64,000 nucleotides of DNA from a virus (taxonomy: Duplodnaviria; Heunggongvirae; Uroviricota; Caudoviricetes), in the IMG/VR virus record IMGVR_UViG_3300034357_000765. One strand, 5' to 3'. Both the position numbers and the translations under genes were made by a program. The notes below the pieces were generated by a model. It searched no databases, had not been told where the DNA came from, and worked only from the letters and a program-made list of their open reading frames with translations. Of the stretch, positions 31,000-40,101 are shown in pieces; position 1 is the stretch's first letter, and every line of letters starts with the position of its first letter.

Positions 31000-31031
31000 A
31001 AAAAGCCCTCTGATTTCAGAGGGCTTTTTTA
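31000..31031. terminator. bidirectional intrinsic terminator (gccctctga tttc agagggc) with flanking A and T runs
   Basis: Inverted repeat between convergent genes. Confidence 0.75.
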
Positions 31032-31045
31032 TTATAAAGTATTTA

Positions 31046-32935
31046 TTACTTTTTGTTAGTAGGTTTTACTTCTTCAGAAGTGACATCTTTCACATCATCT
31101 TCTTTATTGATTTTCTTACCCATCATATCTAAGATTTGTAATCCTAATAGGCCTTCCATTGGACCACCACCACCATTTTGTCCGCCACCAATCAACATAT
31201 CAGGCATGATTTTGATGTTGTTTCTACCAATCTCTTCAGTTACTTTGAATGTTGTAAAGTTCTCTTTACCCATCGCATCAACTGCCAATCTATAAGATTC
31301 TGCGTCAGCTTGTCCTTTTGCAAGTGTAGCATCAGCCTCAGCTTTACCAATCAATGTTGTTTTAGTCGCGTCAGCTTGTGCTTTCATTTTGGTAGCCTCA
31401 GCATTTGCAGATGCAGAGATTTTAACAGATTCGGCATCACCTTTTGCTTTCTTAACAGAAGCATCGGCGTGTCTTTCGGCAATCTGAACACCTTGGTCTG
31501 CTTTCACAACTTCAGCTTGCATATCAGCAATCGCTGTTTCTTTTTCCAATGTTTGACGTTGAACTTGAGCTTTCTTCTGAGTTTCGAATGTTACTTCTTG
31601 CTCTTCTGCAATCTTACGATCTGTCAAAGTCTTCATCAAAGATTCTGGTGGAGTAATATCTCCAATCAACGTATCTACTGCGTGAACATTGTATTCATCT
31701 AATACTTTAGAGATATGGTGTTTTGCAGAGTCTTGTCTTTCTTTACGAGTAGATAAGAATGCAATAACGTCTTGATCTTGTGCAGAGTTACGGAAGTAGT
31801 TACCAATCGTAGGCTCTAATACTTGAGATACAAGGTTGTTCATATTTCCAAATCGAGCGATTACTTTTGGTGCTTCATTCATAGGAATGTGAATGATTTG
31901 AGATACGTCTAAGTTGAATGGGAAACCATCTTTAGAACGTACGGTGATTGTACTCAATCCTTTATCTAAGTTATGAGACTCAGAACGTGCGTTCGCCCAG
32001 TTTAAAACTAAGTTTGTCGTAGGAACGATTTCAATCTTGTTAGTGTATTTGTTGATTGGATATTTACCAGGTCCAAGTGGCTCTGCCCATACACCTTTTT
32101 CACCTCTAGCAACTAAGTTACCGTGTTTGAAAGTATCTCCAGATACGTCTACTCCTTCATCACCAACATAAGAGATAACAACACCAACGTGTCCAATCGC
32201 AATCTCAGTCATTTGAGTTTCTTCAATATTGATAGCCCAAGGATTTAAGTTATAAGAACCGGCTAAGATTACTTGTTGTTGTAAACCACGATTACCACCT
32301 GCTTCTAAGAAAGCATCAAAATCTTGGTAGTTGTTGTTGTTTCCTGTAATAAGCTTTCCAGCAATCTGTCCAGCCTCTAATGGATCACCATCTAATGTAG
32401 TAACGATTCCCACCATGTTCTCTTGAATATGAACCTGTGCGACTGTAGATACTTCGAATAAGTGTGTGTTGATTTTATAAGATCCGTTAGGAATGTAAGC
32501 AGACTGACGACCTTTTTGTCCATTGTTATTAAGGAATCCTACTGCGTCTTGAAAGTTTTCACATTCAACTCTACGTCCTAAGATACGTCCTGTTTGTGGA
32601 ACTTTACCATCTTTAGCGTTTACTAAACCAACATGTCCTTCAGGAATGATTACGAATCCCTGCATGTCTACATTATACTGCCAAGGCCACATCCACCAAT
32701 GTAAACCCGGTGAAAGAGTTTTTGCTTGTAAACCTGCTTCTCCGTTTACTGCGATGATTCTATCACCACCTAACTCTTTGTTCTCACCGAAAAGAACGAA
32801 CTTTTTGGTCACTAAACCAATTTTGTCTTCTGGTACGATTGCCAAACCGAAGAACACTCTAAGGACGAACTTATACATTACTAAACATAATGCTAAAGCT
32901 CCAATCCACCAATAACTTGTTAAAATACTAATCAT
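31046..32935 (-). CDS. SPFH/band-7 (flotillin-like) membrane protein
   Basis: N-terminal hydrophobic segment, an SPFH-like core, and a long Ala/Glu/Lys-rich coiled-coil (flotillin-type EA repeats: AEVVKADQGVQIAERHADASVKKAKGDAES...). Confidence 0.7.
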   Translation of the reverse strand: MISILTSYWWIGALALCLVMYKFVLRVFFGLAIVPEDKIGLVTKKFVLFGENKELGGDRIIAVNGEAGLQAKTLSPGLHWWMWPWQYNVDMQGFVIIPEGHVGLVNAKDGKVPQTGRILGRRVECENFQDAVGFLNNNGQKGRQSAYIPNGSYKINTHLFEVSTVAQVHIQENMVGIVTTLDGDPLEAGQIAGKLITGNNNNYQDFDAFLEAGGNRGLQQQVILAGSYNLNPWAINIEETQMTEIAIGHVGVVISYVGDEGVDVSGDTFKHGNLVARGEKGVWAEPLGPGKYPINKYTNKIEIVPTTNLVLNWANARSESHNLDKGLSTITVRSKDGFPFNLDVSQIIHIPMNEAPKVIARFGNMNNLVSQVLEPTIGNYFRNSAQDQDVIAFLSTRKERQDSAKHHISKVLDEYNVHAVDTLIGDITPPESLMKTLTDRKIAEEQEVTFETQKKAQVQRQTLEKETAIADMQAEVVKADQGVQIAERHADASVKKAKGDAESVKISASANAEATKMKAQADATKTTLIGKAEADATLAKGQADAESYRLAVDAMGKENFTTFKVTEEIGRNNIKIMPDMLIGGGQNGGGGPMEGLLGLQILDMMGKKINKEDDVKDVTSEEVKPTNKK

Positions 32936-32988
32936 AATTTTTGTTTTGTTTATTTATTTGTTTGTTTTACTTTTTTAAATCAAAAGGT

Positions 32989-33480
32989 TTAGTCGTGATC
33001 ATAATCATCTACTTCAACTCCTTCTTTTGTTACCGTAATCTCACTATGGTCTCCGAACTTTCTGATATAAAAGTCATCATCGAACGTCTGTAAAAAGTTT
33101 CTGATTTCATCGGTTGCATCTTCAAGCTCTTTATCATACTTTTCGTTTGGTATTTCTACTCTACCATCATAGACTTTAGTTTCTCTGTTGTAAGTTCCCC
33201 AGTTTGTTACTACAGTTTCTCCCATCCATTCTGCATCATCTACATATTCACCATTTACACTCAAATAGTCTGTATTCGCAGAGAATGTACATGTATCTCC
33301 ATCATTGAAGTAAGGAGTGTATTGGTTCCATCCAAAAGATTCTATCTTAGAATACTTTTCAAAAACGTTCTTACACCAATCTTCAAAAACATCTTTTGAT
33401 AGATTGAAAATTTCGTCTTTCAGATTGTATACCTCTGAGTTTTTAGTTCTAAGCAATTTAATTTTTTCTTCTAATTCCAT
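32989..33480 (-). CDS. hypothetical acidic protein (163 aa)
   Basis: ORF in the long minus-strand operon. Confidence 0.5.
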   Translation of the reverse strand: MELEEKIKLLRTKNSEVYNLKDEIFNLSKDVFEDWCKNVFEKYSKIESFGWNQYTPYFNDGDTCTFSANTDYLSVNGEYVDDAEWMGETVVTNWGTYNRETKVYDGRVEIPNEKYDKELEDATDEIRNFLQTFDDDFYIRKFGDHSEITVTKEGVEVDDYDHD

Positions 33481-33484
33481 ATAT

Positions 33485-34216
33485 TTATTTGTTATTGGTT
33501 TCTAATAATTCAAGTACTTCTCTAAGTGGTAGATCCATAAGGTATTCAAAGTCAGATACTACCAATGAAAGTTTTGATGCTATTTTCTCGCAAGCCCATT
33601 CCGGGATTGTAAGGTGATGTCTATTTGGATCTATGATAGACTTTGATAATATCTCCATAAGAACTGTGTCTTTGTTTGACATCAAATCTATTTTTTTGAT
33701 GTTCTGAGATTTTATGACCGGTGCTTCTTCATCATTTAGCAACGTGTTTAAACTTATCTCTCTCGACTCTTCTGAGTTCAATTGTCTGAAAGTCCATGTG
33801 TTGAATTTCAACTTCCTCGTTACTCCTTCGAACTTGATATGTTGTTCTGTATAAGTGTGAGGCATATTGTTCCAACCGGTTTTTTGAGTAGAGACGGAAT
33901 GCAACTTTTCTATTCGATACATACCACCCTTTAAAAGGGTCTTATAGTTATCTGAAGTACAAACTAATATGTCTCCTTCTTTCAAATCAGAGAAAACCAT
34001 TCTTTGAATCGGTGCTAAAGGTTTTACAATCTTTACTTTAGGAAGTTCGTTTCCATTTGTGTCAACAAAGTTTCCTACACAAAACCTACCGACATCTTTT
34101 ATACTAACTCTACCTTCGACCCATCTTTGGCTAGTTCCGTCATTCCATAGGTTCTCTACTTCGTATCGAACTCCTTTAATAAGTCTTTTTGTGGGTCTTT
34201 TACAAACTACTATCAT
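33485..34216 (-). CDS. hypothetical protein (243 aa)
   Basis: ORF, coupled to its neighbours. Confidence 0.5.
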   Translation of the reverse strand: MIVVCKRPTKRLIKGVRYEVENLWNDGTSQRWVEGRVSIKDVGRFCVGNFVDTNGNELPKVKIVKPLAPIQRMVFSDLKEGDILVCTSDNYKTLLKGGMYRIEKLHSVSTQKTGWNNMPHTYTEQHIKFEGVTRKLKFNTWTFRQLNSEESREISLNTLLNDEEAPVIKSQNIKKIDLMSNKDTVLMEILSKSIIDPNRHHLTIPEWACEKIASKLSLVVSDFEYLMDLPLREVLELLETNNK

Positions 34217-34217
34217 A

Positions 34218-34613
34218 CTAATCAGCCATTACTTTAATATTACCTTTTTCTTTGAGTTTTGTGAAAGAACTTGGAATGTCTTTAATACCATTCTGCATCC
34301 AGTCTTTGAAATCCATATTTTCTAAATAATCTTGTGCTGTAGGAATGAATCTCATACCAAAATCTTCTAAGATATGTTGTTCACAAATATCTTTTACACA
34401 GATGTCTTTACCAACAGAATTTTTAAATGTATATCCAAAAATCGGAATCATAACTTCATGAATCCAAAAGTTGTTATGAGTTAAAGCTCTATGGCGATTG
34501 TCTGCTACATAAGCTTTAGAACAATCCATTTTTATGTGAATCGCCAAATAGTCTTCTGGAGTTCCACCGAACTTTCTAGCAGATGATTTTGAATGTATGT
34601 GAGCGTTTGCCAT
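34218..34613 (-). CDS. hypothetical protein (131 aa)
   Basis: ORF, coupled to its neighbours. Confidence 0.5.
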   Translation of the reverse strand: MANAHIHSKSSARKFGGTPEDYLAIHIKMDCSKAYVADNRHRALTHNNFWIHEVMIPIFGYTFKNSVGKDICVKDICEQHILEDFGMRFIPTAQDYLENMDFKDWMQNGIKDIPSSFTKLKEKGNIKVMAD

Positions 34614-34614
34614 A

Positions 34615-35034
34615 TTATATTGTTTTTATATTATCGAATACTTCTTTCAAATCATCCTTAGACAATTTATTTAAAGCTAAGTTAAGTAATTCTTTTTGAT
34701 TTATCATAGCTTCTTCTAAAAAAGAAACATAATCTTCTTTTTCTCCAAGTCCAAGAACGAGTAGTTTTCTGTTTCTTTCAAAATCTGTACCACCAGACAT
34801 ATTGAACTCTAAACCTATTTCTGATAGTTCTTCTCTAAATAATTTTGCGTATTCATTTGGATTGATGTCAACCGGCGGGTCAAGTAAAAATTCGACTGGT
34901 TGATAAGGTAATTCATGTAATCTATCACAAATTTCTTTAGAATCTTTTAGACCAAGTCCTGTATGATTTTTCAATATCTTTACAAACATCAATTTGTTTA
35001 GACAATTTGTTTTGATTTGTAATTTTACTTTCAT
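34615..35034 (-). CDS. protein with a ribosomal bL12 (L7/L12) C-terminal-domain-like N-terminal module and no bL12 N-terminal anchoring domain
   Basis: KVKLQIKTNCLNKLMFVKILKNHTGLGLKDSKEICDRL...PVEF...LSEIGLEF aligns with the bL12 CTD [36 protein letters not shown]...ALEEAGAEV. The TGLGLK signature is present. Confidence 0.4.
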   Translation of the reverse strand: MKVKLQIKTNCLNKLMFVKILKNHTGLGLKDSKEICDRLHELPYQPVEFLLDPPVDINPNEYAKLFREELSEIGLEFNMSGGTDFERNRKLLVLGLGEKEDYVSFLEEAMINQKELLNLALNKLSKDDLKEVFDNIKTI

Positions 35035-35651
35035 AGTGCAAATGATTGTTCTTTGATTAGGTATTTGTCGATTATCTTTTGATCGATTTTGTTTACTTGA
35101 TCACACGAATCTCCAAACGCGATGGTAGCACTTGAATAGTTGTGTATAACATAGTCTGACAATTTATTTTTGACTAAATCATTCATTTCACCTTTCATAA
35201 GTTCTGATATGTTATAAGAGGATTGTTTTGTTATTTTCTCACATCTAAGACTTCTCACATCTTTTGGTGCAAACACGTTTATGGTAAAGTCCATGTCTTT
35301 GTCCCATCCTCTTTCAAAGAGGATGGATGAATGAAATATGGTGTAGACCGATTGCTTGTTTTCCAATCTGAATCTTTCGTATGCTCTCTTAAGCTCAAAC
35401 TCTGCAAAGTTTACAAGCTTATCAAAGTCTTTCTTAGAACGTATCTTCTTAGGATCTATCATAGAGTCTGGTCCTGTGAAGATATACTCTCCATAGTTGT
35501 CTAAAATGTCTTTATTGACGTTTATGTCAAAGTTGAGTATGAACTTCAATATAATATCTGCATTGAATACAGGTACACCAATCTGCTCAAACAATTTGGC
35601 TACCGTATCCTTTCCTGAGTATCTATTTCCTGTTAGTCCTATTTTAATCAT
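35031..35651 (-). CDS. dephospho-CoA kinase (CoaE)-like P-loop nucleotide kinase
   Basis: IGLTGNRYSGKDTVA P-loop and the VPVFNADII motif resemble CoaE IGLTGGIGSGKSTVA...VIDADII. Confidence 0.55.
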   Translation of the reverse strand: MIKIGLTGNRYSGKDTVAKLFEQIGVPVFNADIILKFILNFDINVNKDILDNYGEYIFTGPDSMIDPKKIRSKKDFDKLVNFAEFELKRAYERFRLENKQSVYTIFHSSILFERGWDKDMDFTINVFAPKDVRSLRCEKITKQSSYNISELMKGEMNDLVKNKLSDYVIHNYSSATIAFGDSCDQVNKIDQKIIDKYLIKEQSFAL

Positions 35652-35701
35652 TGTCTGTGTTTTATTCTACAAATATACGCAAACAAATTCGAAATCTATA
35701 A

Positions 35702-35712
35702 TTTAATATATA
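35702..35712. promoter_or_regulatory. TTTAATATATA element in the divergent region; its reverse complement TTTTATATATTAAAT faces the CoaE-like operon
   Basis: Exact motif 18 nt upstream of the ATG at 35730. Confidence 0.55.
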
Positions 35713-35729
35713 AAAAAAATCAAAATATT

Positions 35730-35843
35730 ATGGAAGAAGAATATATACCATTGTTCAACGATAGCGACGTAGGATATTGCGACTACGATTTCTATGAAGA
35801 AGAAAAAAAAGAAGCTTATGAAGAAACTGAAACTATTTGAAGA
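35730..35843 (+). CDS. small acidic ORF (37 aa). It may be the true N-terminus of the next gene through the A8 run at about 35806.
   Basis: ATG sits directly after the motif. Its frame differs by +1 from the 35794/35818 ORF, and the two overlap across gaagaagaaaaaaaagaag. Confidence 0.25.
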
Positions 35844-36324
35844 ATTTTCTAAAGAATCATTCAATAAATTAGAATGGCAAGGTCAGGTTTTAGAGGCAAG
35901 TAATGTTATTGATATTCTATATGATTTGAAAGAAGTATCTCTAGAATACCTGGATGTTAGACACACTCATCTAAACGACGATGACGAAGAAGAGCTTGTT
36001 GACAAAAAGATTGTATTCATCGTAGACTTACATGATAAAGAAATCGAATATCTTGGAAATCTTTTTGGTGGAGAATATAGTTTTGATAATATAGATATTG
36101 AAGAAAATCTTTATTGGTCTAGCGACATAACGGCACCTATTGAAGAAATTGTAGAAGGTTTCAAATCAGGAAAGCTATACCTTAATATAACATTCTGTAT
36201 AGTAGCAGGTGAAGATGGTCATGTAACCGCCGTAAATGACGATACCGGAAATGTTTATCAAAGAATAAGTGATATGTACCCAGAAGTAGGATTTGATACT
36301 TTCAACCCTTGGGATTTGAACTAA
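35794..36324 (+). CDS. hypothetical acidic protein. An alternative ATG at 35818 is possible.
   Basis: The ORF begins in a Lys-rich run encoded by the poly-A stretch. The body is Asp/Glu-rich. Confidence 0.45.
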   Translation: MKKKKKKLMKKLKLFEEFSKESFNKLEWQGQVLEASNVIDILYDLKEVSLEYLDVRHTHLNDDDEEELVDKKIVFIVDLHDKEIEYLGNLFGGEYSFDNIDIEENLYWSSDITAPIEEIVEGFKSGKLYLNITFCIVAGEDGHVTAVNDDTGNVYQRISDMYPEVGFDTFNPWDLN

Positions 36325-36363
36325 GTGTAATAAGAGAATATAATATAAAAATAAAAATCTAAA

Positions 36364-37470
36364 ATGATAATAAACTTAAAAAGCCAAACAGACTTATCAG
36401 GTTTCTATGTTGTCTATGAAGGATCAACAAACTTAGAAAAAGCAGGTTGGTATGGAATCAGCCATTTGATGGAACACTTAATGTGTAAAAACTTTGACCA
36501 TCTACAAGAAGACTTTGATAAAGATGGAATTGATTGGAACGCATATACTTCAGGAAACGAGATTGTTTTCTATCTAACAGGATTGGATGAGAAGGTAAAC
36601 AAATGGAAAGGTCAGTTCATGGACTTACTTGGACAATTTAATGTAACTAAAGAACAGTTCGAAAACGAGAGAAACATCGTATTGGAAGAATATATGGATT
36701 CGTTCAATGACCAAACACAGTCTCATATGTTGAACCTTTCTAGAAAGATATTCAACGACTACGATCCAATCGGATTGAGAGAAGACTTACAAAAGATGAA
36801 GTTTATGGATTGTCTTAACTACTTCGAACTTCAATATGCGAAACCTAGTAAGATAATCAACGTTTCTAAAAACAAGCCATATAAAAACAACTCTATTGAT
36901 TTCGCAGAAAGAACTATTGTCAAAAATCTTTCTTTTGGAGATCATAAAGTTCCTTTTGAACTAAATAACGATTTCAAAGACAAATCTTCTTTAGTAATGC
37001 TTTCACCTATCATTGATGAAGACTTTGCTTATGTACACTTCATAAACTCAATGCTTTCTTTAGGATTGAAATCTCCTTTGTATCAAGAGATAAGAGAAAA
37101 AAGAGGATTAGTGTATTATGTACATTGCTATCAATCAAGAGTGAACAATCAAGGTTTGAACATGATTGCTACCCAAACATCAAATAAAAACTTCAACGCT
37201 TGTGTGGACTCTGTTAAATTAGTACTTGACAATCCTAAGAAACATCTTACTAAGGATAGATTCGAACTTGTTAAAGACTACTATAAAGTAAGAATGCAGA
37301 AAGACGAGATTTTGAGATACAAAAACGTGAATCAATGGATAAACCCAGAGGGTTGGTCCGTGTATGATATCATAGAAGATGTGAATCTTAAAAAAGTAAA
37401 AGAAGTCTATGATAAATACTTTCAGTTTGACAACTTTTATGTTTCTAACGACAAGAAAGAGTTTAAATAA
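36364..37470 (+). CDS. M16 (pitrilysin/insulinase) family zinc peptidase-like protein
   Basis: GISHLMEHLMCK carries the inverted zincin HxxEH motif. Downstream NAYTSGNEIVFY matches the M16 N-terminal-domain pattern. Confidence 0.6.
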   Translation: MIINLKSQTDLSGFYVVYEGSTNLEKAGWYGISHLMEHLMCKNFDHLQEDFDKDGIDWNAYTSGNEIVFYLTGLDEKVNKWKGQFMDLLGQFNVTKEQFENERNIVLEEYMDSFNDQTQSHMLNLSRKIFNDYDPIGLREDLQKMKFMDCLNYFELQYAKPSKIINVSKNKPYKNNSIDFAERTIVKNLSFGDHKVPFELNNDFKDKSSLVMLSPIIDEDFAYVHFINSMLSLGLKSPLYQEIREKRGLVYYVHCYQSRVNNQGLNMIATQTSNKNFNACVDSVKLVLDNPKKHLTKDRFELVKDYYKVRMQKDEILRYKNVNQWINPEGWSVYDIIEDVNLKKVKEVYDKYFQFDNFYVSNDKKEFK

Positions 37471-37474
37471 AAAG

Positions 37475-37501
37475 AAACCCACTCAAATGAGTGGGTTTTT
37501 T
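37475..37501. terminator. bidirectional intrinsic terminator (aaacccactc aaat gagtgggttt) followed by a T-run
   Basis: Inverted repeat between convergent genes. Confidence 0.75.
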
Positions 37502-37503
37502 AT

Positions 37504-38061
37504 TTAGTTTGATTTTACGTGGTCAATCAGTTGTAAAAGATTTTCAGTGTTGTTTGGATATTTATCTAACAAAGATTCTAAGAATTTCAATCTTCCTTCT
37601 TTGTATTTTTCTTTTGGATAAACAGAGAACTCTTCTGAGATTCCTTTCTCCCAATCTAAAAGTTGGTCAAAATCTCTTTCTACGATATTCATATCATAGT
37701 AGTTGAACGATTCTGATAAGTTAGTTGTAGAGTTATGAGTCTTAGTATCTAAAATCATTTGTTTAACCTCTAAAATGTCTTTATTAGATTTATCAACTAC
37801 ACACTCCATTAAAAAATTTGCAGAATCTTCTTCGTTTGTAGAGCTTGATGGATCATAAACAATGTCGTGAAAGATTGCAGAAAGCATAAGCTTTTCATAT
37901 TCACTTTCAGAGAATTTTGATTTGTTTTCGTTTATCTGAGAGATTAAATCATTTAAGTGATTAAGATTGTGATACGATCTATGTGATTCGTTCCACATTG
38001 ATAAAACGGTGTTGATATCACATTTGATATTCCACTTTTCTAATAGTTGTTGTAAGTCCAT
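37504..38061 (-). CDS. HD-domain metal-dependent phosphohydrolase
   Basis: HNLNH followed by FHDIVYDP (H...HD motif). Confidence 0.6.
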   Translation of the reverse strand: MDLQQLLEKWNIKCDINTVLSMWNESHRSYHNLNHLNDLISQINENKSKFSESEYEKLMLSAIFHDIVYDPSSSTNEEDSANFLMECVVDKSNKDILEVKQMILDTKTHNSTTNLSESFNYYDMNIVERDFDQLLDWEKGISEEFSVYPKEKYKEGRLKFLESLLDKYPNNTENLLQLIDHVKSN

Positions 38062-38070
38062 TGTTTTATT

Positions 38071-38436
38071 TTATTTTTGGTAGAAATCAACACCGTGTTT
38101 TTCGGCGATTTCTTTTGCTTTTGATAGATTCTTTTCTTCAACAAAAAATACGAATTTGAATCCAGGATATTTATCTCTCAACTCTATAACACCAGCGTTG
38201 TCTGTGATTCTGTTTCCGTTTACATCAACAAACTGAGGAAATGTTTGGAATCCTTGATTCCACATAAGATTATCCATATCTTTTCTAACAGCATCTCTAA
38301 GTTGCCAGCTAGTCTTCATGAAATCGATCATAACACAAGGATGTACAATCTTGTCCTCACCTCTGGAGTTTTTGAAAGACATTGGTTCTATTCGAAAAGA
38401 GTTGTCGAAATCTTCGTTGAATTTCTTTATTATCAT
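38071..38436 (-). CDS. hypothetical protein (121 aa)
   Basis: ORF whose ATG lies 4 nt downstream of a TTTAATATATAG element (the reverse complement is at 38441-38451). Confidence 0.5.
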   Translation of the reverse strand: MIIKKFNEDFDNSFRIEPMSFKNSRGEDKIVHPCVMIDFMKTSWQLRDAVRKDMDNLMWNQGFQTFPQFVDVNGNRITDNAGVIELRDKYPGFKFVFFVEEKNLSKAKEIAEKHGVDFYQK

Positions 38437-38440
38437 AGAC

Positions 38441-38451
38441 TATATATTAAA
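38441..38451 (-). promoter_or_regulatory. TTTAATATATA element (minus-strand reading) 4 nt upstream of the ATG at 38436
   Basis: The + strand reads tatatattaaa at 38441-38451. Confidence 0.5.
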
Positions 38452-38518
38452 AATCTTCTTCACTTTTACGATTCGTTCTAAAGCGTATCGTCTTCTGTGC
38501 ATGACACGAAACATTCTA

Positions 38519-38737
38519 TCAACGCTTTGTGACAGCTTCTGTATTCTCTCTCCATCTACTATATTGGATGTCTTCAAAAGAGGTAGATGATCCAACACTA
38601 TTATGTCTTTCTTCATAGATTCGTTCTATTTTTGTCTTTCTACCATATGCACGAAACATTTTCTCCATACGTAAATGTATTTCGGTTCCTGCATCAGTTA
38701 TCGACTGAGCTTTTCCTTTGTCGTATAAATAAAACAT
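38519..38737 (-). CDS. hypothetical small protein
   Basis: ORF only. Confidence 0.35.
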   Translation of the reverse strand: MFYLYDKGKAQSITDAGTEIHLRMEKMFRAYGRKTKIERIYEERHNSVGSSTSFEDIQYSRWRENTEAVTKR

Positions 38738-38973
38738 CAGTCTAAGATTGAGTCAATTCTTTCGTTTCTTCTTATGGCTTTCTCTCTGGCTTCTCTGGCA
38801 ATCCTGTCTTCTTCGGACTCTTCACAAGGATCTATACTCATATAGTATTTCGAAGCGTAAGTATACCAGTTTTTGGCTTCTTCGTAGTTTCCGAACTTTT
38901 TGTACGATCCATTATAGTCTTTGACTTCGTAGTATTTTCCATATTGGTCTTCGTATGTTGTTATCTCTTTCAT
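38737..38973 (-). CDS. hypothetical small protein
   Basis: ORF only. Confidence 0.4.
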   Translation of the reverse strand: MKEITTYEDQYGKYYEVKDYNGSYKKFGNYEEAKNWYTYASKYYMSIDPCEESEEDRIAREAREKAIRRNERIDSILD

Positions 38974-39305
38974 TCCAAAATGTTTTTAATTTTCCAATCT
39001 CTTAGGTTCTCTCTGTAGTTTATAAAACTATCCAACTTGTGGTTTTGATACTTTTTGTATTCTTCTACCTTTTTTACTATGTAGTCTATTATACTTTGTT
39101 CTTCAATCAGTTCCGAGTCTTCTTTTCCTGGATATCCAAACCAAAACTTTGGTTCTTTTCCTAATCTGAAGTCTAAACAAATCTCAATCTCTTTATTTCT
39201 TCGCATCTCCAGATAGGGTACTTCCATCCAACTAACCGCCATCATACAGTGCATAGAAATGGTTCCACCATCTCTATAGCTTTGAAATTCAGATATTCTA
39301 AGCAT
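38970..39305 (-). CDS. hypothetical protein (111 aa)
   Basis: ORF overlapping the Sir2 stop. Confidence 0.45.
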   Translation of the reverse strand: MLRISEFQSYRDGGTISMHCMMAVSWMEVPYLEMRRNKEIEICLDFRLGKEPKFWFGYPGKEDSELIEEQSIIDYIVKKVEEYKKYQNHKLDSFINYRENLRDWKIKNILE

Positions 39306-40011
39306 CTTTCAAAATATTTAAAAGTGTTTGCATTCCTGTCGTTGCTGGTTCTTTTATGTGATGAAAGAAATCATTTCTGAATTCTGGAACATAGAAATCC
39401 ATTTCACTTGGGTCTACATAAAATATTATACAATCTTTTTTGGTTAAGAATGGAATTTGATTTGCCGGAAAAACTTGCATAGAAGTACCAACGATTATAC
39501 AGATATCACATTTACCTGCAGCAACTTCTGCAGTGGTTATATTCATAGGATCTAAGTTCTCACCAAACCAAACAATATGAGGACGAAGTTGTGAACCTCG
39601 TGGACATTTGTCACCAATCTTTATATCTTCCGTACAATCATAAGAATCTGTTGAGCCCGGGAAAGTAGAACGAGATTTGTTAAGTTCACCATGTAAGTGA
39701 ATAACATTATTAGAACCAGCACGTTCGTGTAGGTTGTCTACGTTTTGTGTTACTAATGTAACATCATAGTCTTTTTCTAAATCTGCGATTATCTGATGTG
39801 CCAAATTAGGATGAACATCTTTCAATTGAGCACGTCTTTGATTATAAAAATCTAATACCAATGGTCTATTTCTTCGCCAAGCGTCTGTTGTTGCAACATC
39901 CTCAATCTTATAGTTGTTCCAAAGTGAATCTTTCGAATCTCGGAACGTCTCGATTCCGCTCTCTTTAGAGACACCGGCACCGCTAAAAACTAATATTTTC
40001 TTCTTTTCCAT
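39298..40011 (-). CDS. Sir2-family NAD-dependent deacylase / ADP-ribosyltransferase. The start is trimmed to the ATG at 40011.
   Basis: GAGVSKESGIETFR (GAGxS), TQNVDNLHERAG and HG catalytic motifs. The ORF-track start at 40023 is a TTG. Confidence 0.8.
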   Translation of the reverse strand: MEKKKILVFSGAGVSKESGIETFRDSKDSLWNNYKIEDVATTDAWRRNRPLVLDFYNQRRAQLKDVHPNLAHQIIADLEKDYDVTLVTQNVDNLHERAGSNNVIHLHGELNKSRSTFPGSTDSYDCTEDIKIGDKCPRGSQLRPHIVWFGENLDPMNITTAEVAAGKCDICIIVGTSMQVFPANQIPFLTKKDCIIFYVDPSEMDFYVPEFRNDFFHHIKEPATTGMQTLLNILKDA

Positions 40012-40068
40012 AATATTATACAAATATAGTCAAAATATGTTTGATAAGATAATACAAACCGTAGAAGA

Positions 40069-40080
40069 TTTAATATATAC
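40069..40080. promoter_or_regulatory. TTTAATATATACT element in the divergent region between Sir2 (-) and the 2888-aa gene (+)
   Basis: Exact motif 23 nt upstream of the ATG at 40102. Its reverse complement AGTATATATTAAAT faces the Sir2 operon. Confidence 0.6.
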
Positions 40081-40101
40081 TCAAAAGATAAGTAATATTT
40101 A

